From assembly GCF_006345805.1 (NCBI RefSeq), contig NC_043000.1:77872001-77936000 (forward strand): DNA of 64,000 nt, given 5' to 3'. Positions 41,090 to 51,074 of the stretch are shown piece after piece. This stretch comes from Octopus sinensis (Eukaryota). Under the pieces are notes generated by a model. The model made no database searches and was not told the DNA's origin. It saw only the letters and a list, made by a program, of their open reading frames with translations. Each line of letters begins with the position of its first letter. Positions within the stretch are counted from its first letter, which is position 1. The position numbers and the translations under genes are program-made.

Positions 41090-41520
41090 ATGGAATTTGA
41101 CTTAGAATCAATTCTGGACTTCCCAGAGATGGAAAAGACGAAAGAAAAGGAAAAAGAAAGTGAGAAACATGTTCAGAAAGAAAGACCCAGTTTCTCAGCC
41201 GCCGTTGGCAGCAATATGGTGAATTTGAACGTGTCTATGGCGGAATTATTTAAATAGCGGAATATGATTAAGAAAACAGGGAATGATACGAAGTTGCTCC
41301 CTCCCCAAGATATAATACAGAATATAGCTGCCAAGACTGTGGTCTATAAGACGTACAATCTTAAGGAGAAACGGATAATGTTTAAAATGAAGTAATTGAG
41401 AAGTGTATGCAACCCATCTGGAATAAAATGAAATACGTCGGACGCGGTATAAGAGCGATACAGTGGAGACACAATTTGCTGACGAGAGTACGGCAAAAGA
41501 ACTGTCGACATTAGCACTGT
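41090..41520 (+). pseudogene. Possible LINE (Tx1/L1-like) ORF1 N-terminal relic
   Basis: MEFDLESILDFPEMEK...SFSAAVG, then stop- and frameshift-broken KLLPPQDIIQ...KYVGRG...DTVETQFADESTAKELS; the assignment rests on general resemblance only. Confidence 0.35.
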
Positions 41521-42026
41521 CCTGTATAATACAATAAAGAACAAAGCGAAACAATTAGTATTCCATTATATAATAAATAATTTATTCTTGTGCTGGTTTC
41601 AGTATTCAGACTCAGGTCATGTTGGGCCGTGGCCTTTTCTTTGACAAGATATAACGATCTGTACATCGTAAAATAAAAATGAAGACAAAGCATGTATAAC
41701 TGTAAACGTAATAAATATATAAGTTATTAATATATAAATATGTAAAATACAAATAAAATTAAATAAAGGGAAAATTATTATATTTTGCTCAATTTTGTTT
41801 TTCTAAATCGAACAATTTTAGCTTATGTTGAGGTATTTTTCATGTGCGTTTGAGTGTGTGTTTTTCTTATTTATAGTAGCATGCACGTTGCGTATCATTT
41901 GATTTATACTGCCCCTTCTGGAGACTGTGTTGACGAAATATTTTTCTAAATGCTGAAGGTACTTGTTTGAAATTCTCATTGTTTTCTCTCCTATCCACCG
42001 AACTATCCACCGAATGGAGCTAGAGG

Positions 42027-42068
<42 letters not shown>

Positions 42069-42069
<1 letters not shown>

Positions 42070-42193
42070 ATCAAAATAAGCAACAAGGATATTCAGAGGT
42101 AATGCAGTACGATCGTTTCATGCGACTCCATTTAATTGAACTGGAACGATCGTACTGCATTACCTCTGGATATCCTTGTTGTTTATTTTGATT
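42069..42193. repeat. Hairpin repeat, ~49-bp arms; related half-copy near 15590-15720
   Basis: aatcaaaataagcaacaaggatattcagaggtaatgcagtacgatcgtt versus aacgatcgtactgcattacctctggatatccttgttgtttattttgatt. Confidence 0.88.
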
Positions 42194-42290
42194 GTAATCA
42201 CCTCATTTTGAATTATATGGATAATACCATACCAAATTCTGGTGCCTTTAATTTAGATACCATATTCAACTGAATCTAAATTTTACTGAA

Positions 42291-42325
<35 letters not shown>

Positions 42326-43922
42326 GTACACGTGAACTGGAGTGCTCAGCTACTTACACGTTAATTTCACGAGCAGGCTGTTCCGTTGATTGGATCAACT
42401 GGAACCCTCGTTGTCGTAACCGACGGAGTGTCACGATATATGTATATACACACACACACACCCACATCTTTCTCTATATATAAACGGCAGTTTGTCTGTC
42501 TTTGTGTCTGTGTGTCTGTTTGGTTGTACCCTCACTCTGACCACGACTTTCAACCGATTCTGATGAAACTTGACACACACATAGCCCAATGTCATAATTC
42601 AAAACTAACGCAGGGAAAATTTTGAAAAGTTCCCCCAGTTCTGAAAAAAATCGGTAAATTCGACATGGGGTCGAGAATCAGAAACACAAACCACAGACTG
42701 TCTAGGGGACGCAACTCGACATTTTTAACTCTGACCTACCAATCCACTTCAGGCGTTCTCAGTTTCCTGTTAAACTCTGCTTCGCAATGTCCATCAATAA
42801 ATCCCAAGGCCAAACGCTACAAGTCGCTGGGTTACAGTTGGGCGAACAGTGCTTCGCCCACGGTCAACTCTATGTGGGCTGTTCACGCGTTGGGAGGCGC
42901 AATGATGTTTTCATGTTTTTGCCCAAAGGGACAGCTAGGAACATCGTATATACAGAAGTATTCGAGTGAAGGGAAGACATTGCAACCCACAAAATCGATA
43001 AACTCGGCATGGGGTCGAGAATCTAAGCTTTTTATATGCAACACATTTTCTATGGTAGTTTTCGCAACTTGCAATCGATTTTCACAAAACTCATGGGGAA
43101 GCTTAATGTTACCCTAAGAAACTCAATTCTGACGTTAGTTTTCCATGCAATACCTTACCATCAGAAACAATCGATAAAATCATGCCATTTTGGGAAATCG
43201 CGTTCAAATTCAAGATGACATATTTTCGACAATATCTTTCACAAATTGGCAGGAATTTTTTTTTTAAATTCACAGCGAGCATCATGTCTGCTCCAAGGAG
43301 CTATATGGCCCTTTTTATTCCAATAGGATACATTATTGGAAAAAATCGGTTAATTAAATCATATGTGACACACATAGCAAACCGATTTGTGTATTAAACA
43401 CAAACCAGACTATCTAGGGGACGCAACTCGACCTTTTTAGCTATCGATAATTCGATCCAACCAATTCCTACCAGGAAGAAATTACATTCGAGACTTCACC
43501 CCCAACACCGCCACTTCTGCTAATAGCTGCTGCAGCCGCAAGTTATTCGAATACTTATTTTGTTTACACTTTCTTTATAACTACCACCCCAAACGTTTTA
43601 CCTTAAATTTTTGACGTACCCTAAGGGTCCTCGGACGCTACTTGCAAACTCTTGGTTTATTATAAGCCGCTTTTGTCGTGTGCAACACAAAATCTTTTCC
43701 ATTCGTTTGTTCAGTTTGGTCACTTTTAACTTTTTCGTTGTTGTCACTCACATTGCTGCCCGCTTTTTTGCCGTTTTTGTACATTTTTATACATTTTGGG
43801 ATACTTACCCCACGTGCTCCTTTTTATTACACCTTTACCAAACACATTGCTATCAACCAAAATACTTGCCCCACGTGTTCCTTTTTATTACACCTTTGCC
43901 AAACACATTGCTATCCACCAAA

Positions 43923-46900
43923 ATGCCACCTAAGAAGAGAAGGACCCTCCTCAGCCCTCGGGCGGCCAAGCCATCGGCTGCTAGGGCTAGAAGGGCACGC
44001 GAGACCCACGAGGAAACCGCCTTGCGCCTCTCGCAAAAAGCTTCCCGTTCTGCTGCTGCTCGGGCATCTGAAACTACTAGCGACCGTTCTACCCGACTTG
44101 CAAGGGTCGCAGCGTACAGATCTTCCCTCCGCTCGTGGTTGACGAAAGAGCAACAGTCCAGCCAAAACATGCGGGCTTCTTCCTGTGCTTCCATCCGCAG
44201 AGCTCGCGAGAACCCCGAACAAAGGGCCATTCGGAATGCGGCTAACGCCACTAGCACCGCCAGGACACGATCTGTCGAAACCTCACAGCAGAGGAGAGCT
44301 CGCCAAGCTGCTAACGCCGCAAACACAGCCATGGCTCGATCTGCCGAAACTCCACACCAACGAACTTTTCGGACATCCAGAGATGCCATTAACACTGCTT
44401 CTGCTAGGGCTTCAGAGGGTGCTGAGGCGAGAGCTGAAAGGCTTTCATGGGATGCCACTGCTACCGCTGTCGCACGTGCATCTGAATCTGCTGAGGCACG
44501 GTGCACTCGACTTGAGAGTATCAACAAACGTCGGGATATCATTCGTTGTGTACGTACTCCTGCCCCCGCTTTCTTGTTGTCACTAGCATTCAACTACGAC
44601 GCCACAATTAACTTCTCCTTGCGTGACGACATCAAGATAGGGTCAATGACAATTGTACGCCAGTTTTGCAAAGCCAAGAAACGGCCCGGAGAGCCACCTG
44701 GTTTGTGCTGCTCTGGTGGCAAAGTGGACCTGCCACCCTTACGGGAACCACCTCAACCACTGAAGGATCTCGCGGCGGGTTTTACCCCCGAATCGTCACA
44801 ATTCCTTGAAATCATTCGAAAGTACAACTGCTCATTCCAAATGACCTCTTTCGGGGCCAAAATTCCTCCTAGAGAAGGCTGGATGCCTACTTTCAAAGTG
44901 CAGGGACAGGTCTACCATCTTATTGGGTCACTTCTGCCAGACGAGATTCAGCAGTCTTCTTTCCTCCAAATATACTTCATTGCCGACTACAACCAGCAGG
45001 TTGATGCACGCCTTGGAATAATACCGGGTACATGCTATGTTCCCCGCAAAGACATTCTTCTCCGTCTCCAAACCATGCTTCATGATATCAACAGCTACAT
45101 CTGCAGCTTCAGGTATGCCTTGGACAGTGCTCCATCTCCAAACTTCACCGTTGTCATTGATGCTGATAAACGACCCCACGGGGAGCACGAACGCCGTTTC
45201 AACGCACCTGCGTGCAACGAAATTGTCGCAGTCATACACGGAGATCAACACAACAGCCGTGACATAATCATCTCCTCCCGTGGTAACAGCCTACACATGA
45301 TCAGCGAGACTCACAGATCTTATGACGCGCTTCAGTATCCATTGCTTTTCCCTTATGGGGAAGACGGCTACCACTTCGGAATTCCTTTACGGCAGCCCTC
45401 CAATCAAACTACTGCGGCATCAAAGACGGTTTCCTGCAGGGCGTTCTACTCATATCGGTTCATGGTCAGAGAGGGTGAGTTCAGCTTATTGCCCCGTTGT
45501 CGTCAGCTATTCAACCAGTTCGCCGTCGACATGGCCGCCAAAATGGAATCGGAAAGGCTGCTATACATTAAACTTAATCAGACCAAACTTCGCTCCGACT
45601 CCTACATTCATCTCCGTGACGGCTTGCAACAAGAAAATGACCCTCGCAACATCGGCAAGCCATGCATTCTACCCTCCACCTTCACGGGAGGACCGCGATA
45701 TATGCGTGAAAGGACCCAAGACGCCTTGACCTACGTGCGCATTTACGGCCGGCCGGACCTCTTTATCACCTACACGTGCAATCCCATCTGCGACGAAATC
45801 ACTCGCGAACTCCTCCCGGGTCAATCTCACACCCATCGACACGACATCGTTGCTAGGGTTTTCCGTCTGAATTTGGGCAAAATGAAGGATTTGATAGTTA
45901 AGGGTCATATTTTCGGGCATGTCAAGTGCCACATGTTTTCGGTCGAGTGGCAAAAGAGGGGCTTGCCACATGCTCACATCTTAATTTGGCTAGCTCATAA
46001 AATCGAGACTAATGACATTGACAAATTCATTTCCGCCGAGATTTCTGACCCCGATGAGGACCCCGAACTGTACGAAAATGTCCGCACTACCATGGTACAC
46101 GGGCCCTGTGGACCAAATTACGCCAACACACCATGCTGCAAAAACAGAGTAGCCTGCTCAAAGGGATTCCCTAAACGGTTCACTATGGAGACTCAAACTG
46201 GCGGTGATGGGTATCCGCTGTACAAACGAAGGAGTCCAGCCAATGGAGGCCGCACGATTACGGTTGGGCGACATCAAGTGGACAACAGCTACATTGTCCC
46301 CTACTGTCCTCTCCTGTCGAAGATATTCAAAGCCCACGTCAACGTTGAGTTCTGCAGCTCCATCAGGTCAATACAATATGTCTGCAAATATATCAACAAG
46401 GGCAGCGATGCTGCCATGTTCAGCATCCAGAGGACCACCAGTCGCGACGAAGTGTCCAACTACTTGGCTGGCCGGTACCTCAGCAGCAACGAAGCGTTTT
46501 GTCGCATTTACGGCTTCCCGCTCCATCAGAGACACCCGGCTGTGGTGCAGCTTGCTGTACACTTGGAAAATGGACAGTGGATTTACTTCACAGAGCAAAG
46601 TGCTGTGCAGGTAGCCACCAACCCTAAAGACACAACGTTGACCGGTTTCTTCAAATTATGCCAACGTGATGACTTCGCTCGAACGCTTTTGTACCCACAG
46701 GTCCCATCGTACTTCGTGTGGTCTAAAAACACCTGGGTTCGACGGAAATCCGGCAAAAACGTCGAAGGCTTCCCAGGCGTCAAGTTTGACTCCTGCCTGG
46801 GTCGAGTTTACAACATCCCGCCAAACCAGCAAGAATGCTTCTACCTCCGTCTCCTTCTACATAAGGTCACTAGTCCAACAGGTTTCGGCAATATACGTAC

Positions 46901-48730
46901 CGTCAATGAGGTTCTGTGCGACACCTTCAGGGAAGCATGTATGAGACTTGGCCTTCTAGAGGATGATTCCCAGTGGGACGCCACGATGGCAGAGGGCGCT
47001 TTACTGCAAACGCCTTCGGCCCTACGACATCTTTTCGCAATCCTTCTTCAAAAATGTCAGCTTTGTGACCCACTAAGTCTCTGGGTGAAATACAGAGATG
47101 ACATGTCGCACGACTTCTTACGTACAGCTCAGCAACACTGCCCTTCCGCCGAGATCACGTTCACCAACTTCATTTACAATTTTGCGCTCATTCAACTCGA
47201 AGACGCTGTCATCGATATGGGTGGCTCTGCTTTAACAGAGTACGGCCTTCCACCACCCACACGTGAACACGCCAATGTTATGTCTGCTGAATTGTTACGC
47301 GAAACTTCCTACTGCATTGAGGAACTGCACCAGTACGTCCAAGATAATGAACCACGACTGCTTCCAGACCAGCGCATAGCCTACAACACCATCGTAGACT
47401 CTGTCAGACAGCAACGTGGGGGGATTTTCTTCCTTGACGCACCTGGCGGCACTGGCAAAACCTTCGTCACGAAACTAATTCTGGCGGAGGTCAGACGCAA
47501 CACGGACATTGCCCTGACTGTAGCTTCCTCTGGTATCGCGGCCACGTTACTTCCGGGTGGCAGAACCGCCCACTCTGCCTTCAGACTCCCGCTCGATCTG
47601 GCAAAGTCCGAGTCACCTATCTGCAACATCGCCAAGAACTAAGAACAGGCCGACATTCTGCGCAGATGCAAACTCATCGTATGGGACGAGTGCACTATGG
47701 CACACAAAGGCGCCCTTGAGGCACTGGACAGGTCCCTGCAAGACATCAGAGACTCTACGGCCCCCATGGGAGGATTAACTTTACTTCTTTCAGGAGACTT
47801 CAGGCAGACTCTACTCTACCTGTTATTCCAAAAGGAACCCGTGCCGATGCCGTGCGCGCGTGCATTAAGTCGTCAGCTCTTTGGGCACATGTGCGGCCCT
47901 TGCACCTCCAAACTAACATGCGCGCGCAGTTGATTGGTGACAGCGGATCCGCTGCATTCTCCAGGGACCTTTTATCGCTCGGTGAAAATAGGATGCTGGC
48001 TGATGCGGATGGCTGCGTTCAATTGGACTCACTTTGCACCATTGTCGACACCCCTGCTAGCCTCCGGGACGCTGTCTTCCACGACTTACAAAACAATTTA
48101 CGCGACCTAAAATGGCTGGCAGGCAGAGCTATTCTCGCACCCAAAAATACAACCGTCAACTCCACCAATATCCAGCTACTTGAAGCTATTCCTGGTGATG
48201 TCCACGTCTACAAATCTATAGATAGGACAGCAGACCCTGCCGAGCTTGCCGATTATCCTGTTGAATTCCTGAATTCACTTGAACCGCCAGGCCTGCCGCC
48301 ACACATCCTGAAGTTAAGAGTCGGTGCGCCCATTATGCTCATCAGGAATTTGGTTCCACCTAAACAGTGCAACGGCACACGTTTGGTTGTGAAACATTTG
48401 GCACCACATTTAATAACGGCCACAATACTTACCGGTTGTGGGAAGGGAGAGGACGTCTTCATTCCACGGATGCACCTTCAACCGTCGGGCGCTGACCTAC
48501 CAATCCACTTCAGGCGTTCTCAGTTTCCTGTTAAACTCTGCTTCGCAATGTCCATCAATAAATCCCAAGGCCAAACGCTACAAGTCGCTGGGTTACATTT
48601 GGGCGAACAGTGCTTCGCCCACGGTCAACTCTACGTGGGCTGTTCACGCGTTGGGAGGCGCAATGATGTTTTCATGTTTTTGCCCAAAGGGACAGCTAGG
48701 AACATCGTATATACAGAAGTATTCGAGTGA
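43923..48730 (+). pseudogene. Helitron RepHel (HUH Rep + PIF1-family SF1 helicase), with one in-frame TAA (47640-47642) and one 5-bp duplication frameshift (~47808-47817)
   Basis: Rep motifs RPDLFITYTCNP, VEWQKRGLPHAHIL, YVCKYINKG; helicase motifs FLDAPGGTGKTF, ASSGIAATLL, IVWDECTM, GDFRQ, ILAPKN, FAMSINKSQGQT, HGQLYVGCSRV; likely start MPPKKRR at 43923. Confidence 0.95.
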
Positions 48731-48824
48731 AGAGAAGACATTGCAACCTCCACATGCACCTTCGTTTCCTGGAGGGAAATGACTACATTGGGATTAGTCG
48801 TTGCCTACTAGGGGCTCTCACATA

Positions 48825-48852
48825 CCCGGGCAAGGCCGGGCTATGCTGCTAG
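48825..48852 (+). terminator. Helitron 3' hairpin and CTAG terminus
   Basis: cccgggcaaggccggg-ctatgctg-CTAG. Confidence 0.9.
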
Positions 48853-49030
48853 TATATATATATATATATATGTATATTGGCAGGGCTTACTGCTAGGGAG
48901 TCGGCCATATGCTAGAAATAGACCATCAACGGTCAAACTACAAGGAAATTCTCTAGAGGAAAAATACAGCGAACACCAGAACCAATTTTGGCGGGCATGA
49001 CAGATGAAAATTTATATAAAAAACAGAATT

Positions 49031-49107
49031 AAATGCATACCTCGGTTTCAGCCTTAACAAGAGAATTACTTATGTAATCCAAATGTCCGTGCTTCTTCAG
49101 TGCATCC
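49031..49107 (-). ncRNA. Type I hammerhead ribozyme, array unit 1
   Basis: ggaugca-CUGAAGA-agc[stem II]gcu-GAAA-CC-GA-GG-UA-ugcauuu; predicted cleavage after the A at 49038. Confidence 0.85.
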
Positions 49108-49572
49108 GTTCATAGTAATGTAAACGGAAAAGCTAACCCCAGCTTTCGTGCCGGTACAGACACGTGTGTAGCTTTACCGATTACACTAGTGATAAAATTT
49201 CAAATGTCTTGGCTCTGGCACGCTAATAAATTTATGAGGCGAAGGGCTGCAGTAAATAATTCACTGCGGTTCGTGCCTAGTACTAGAGAACGTATTTATT
49301 TCAATATTTAAATAATAATGAGGGAGATAAATTAATATTAATTTTAATATCAATTTAAAACCAGTAGTCCAGCATACAAAAATCTGAGGAGTCAGAGAAA
49401 ATTCTAATATATGTGTATATTGGCAGGGCTTACTGCTAGGGAGTCGGCCATATGCTAGAAATAGACCATCAACGGTCAAACTACAAGGAAATTCTCTAGA
49501 GGAAAAATACAGCGAACACCAGAACCAATTTTGGCGGGCATGACAGATGAAAATTATATAAAAAACAGAATT

Positions 49573-49649
49573 AAATGCATACCTCGGTTTCAGCCTTAAC
49601 AAGAGAATTACTTATGCAATCCAAATGTCCGTGCTTCTTCAGTGCATCC
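49573..49649 (-). ncRNA. Type I hammerhead ribozyme, array unit 2
   Basis: Same core as unit 1; one A>G change in stem II keeps pairing as G.U. Confidence 0.85.
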
Positions 49650-50116
49650 GTTCATAGTAATGTAAACGGAAAAGCTAACCCCAGCTTTCGTGCCGGTACA
49701 GACACGTGTGTAGCTTTACCGATTACACTAGTGATAAAATTTCAAATGTCTTGGCTCTGGCGCGTTAATAAATTTATGAGGCGAAGGGCTGCAGTAAATA
49801 ATTCACTGCGGTTCGTGCCTAGTACTAGAGAACGTATTTATTTCAATATTTAAATAATAATGAGGGAGATAAATTAATATTAATTTTAATATCAATTTAA
49901 AACCAGTAGTCCAGCATACAAAAATCTGAGGAGTCAGAGAAAATTCTAATATATGTGTATATTGGCAGGGCTTACTGCTAAGGGAGTCGGCCATATGCTA
50001 GAAATAGACCATCAACGGTCAAACTACAAGGAAATTCTCTAGAGGAAAAATACAGCGAACACCAGAACCAATTTTGGCGGGCATGACAGATGAAAATTTA
50101 TATAAAAAACAGAATT

Positions 50117-50193
50117 AAATGCATACCTCGGTTTCAGCCTTAACAAGAGAATTACTTATGCAATCCAAATGTCCGTGCTTCTTCAGTGCATCC
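50117..50193 (-). ncRNA. Type I hammerhead ribozyme, array unit 3
   Basis: Same core as units 1 and 2. Confidence 0.85.
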
Positions 50194-50633
50194 GTTCATA
50201 GTAATGTAAACGGAAAAGCTGGTGTTCGCTGTATTTTTCCTCTAGAGAATTTCCTTGTAGTTTGACCGTTGATGGTCTATTTCTAGCATATGGCCGACTC
50301 CCTAGCAGTAAGCCCTGCCAATATACACATATATTAGAATTTTCTCTGACTCCTCAGATTTTTGTATGCTGGACTACTGGTTTTAAATTGATATTAAAAT
50401 TAATATTAATTTATCTCCCTCATTATTATTTAAATATTGAAATGAATACGTTCTCTAGTACTAGGCACGAACCGCAGTGAATTATTTACTGCAGCCCTTC
50501 GCCTCATAAATTTATTAGCGCGCCAGAGCCAAGACATTTGAAATTTTATCACTAGTGTAATCGGTAAAGCTACACACGTGTCTGTACCGGCACGAAAGCT
50601 GGGGTTAGCTTTTCCGTTTACATTACTATGAAC

Positions 50634-50710
50634 GGGTGCACTGAAGAAGCACGGACATTTGGATTGCATAAGTAATTCTCTTGTTAAGGCTGAAACCGAG
50701 GTATGCATTT
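50634..50710 (+). ncRNA. Type I hammerhead ribozyme, inverted array unit
   Basis: gggtgca CTGAAGA (50641-50647) agc...gct GAAA (50692-50695) ccgagg TA (50702-50703) tgcattt. Confidence 0.85.
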
Positions 50711-50973
50711 AATTCTGTTTTTTATATAAATTTTCATCTGTCATGCCCGCCAAAATTGGTTCTGGTGTTCGCTGTATTTTTCCTCTAGAGAATTTCCTTG
50801 TAGTTTGACCGTTGATGGTCTATTTCTAGCATATGGCCGACTCCCTAGCAGTAAGCCCTGCCAATATACACATATATTAGAATTTTCTCTGACTCCTCAG
50901 ATTTTTGTATGCTGGACTACTGGTTTTAAATTGATATTAAAATTAATATTAATTTATCTCCCTCATTATTATT

Positions 50974-51014
<41 letters not shown>

Positions 51015-51026
51015 ATGTGTGTCTGT

Positions 51027-51074
<48 letters not shown>

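Larger units (their letters stand above)
42467..48852 (+). mobile_element. Helitron, near-autonomous, 6386 bp
   Basis: 5' A|TCTTTCTCTATATATAAACGG; 3' CCCGG-GCAAGG-CCGGG hairpin (48825-48840) upstream of CTAG|T (48849-48852); encodes RepHel. Confidence 0.95.
48873..50975. repeat. ~543-bp satellite-like array: ~2.5 direct units (48873-50220) followed by ~1.4 inverted units (50221-50975); each unit carries a hammerhead ribozyme
   Basis: ttggcagggcttactgc recurs at 48877, 49420 and 49962; the inverted segment begins ggtgttcgctg at 50221; units differ by only a few bases. Confidence 0.95.

Noticed and set aside
43611-43922. N-terminal 104 aa of the 1343-aa ORF
   Set aside because: It begins at a non-ATG codon and runs through T-rich UTR-like sequence and the 61-bp tandem. 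MPPKKRR at 43923 is the more plausible start.
49240-49290. GCAGT/ACTGC hairpin followed by CTAGT in the array unit, suggesting a Helitron-derived satellite
   Set aside because: The stem is only 5 bp and AT-looped and the unit has no matching 5' TC end. The hammerhead explains the unit better.
48873-50975. CRISPR-like array
   Set aside because: The units are ~543 bp and near-identical, with no unique spacers and no cas genes, in a eukaryotic context.
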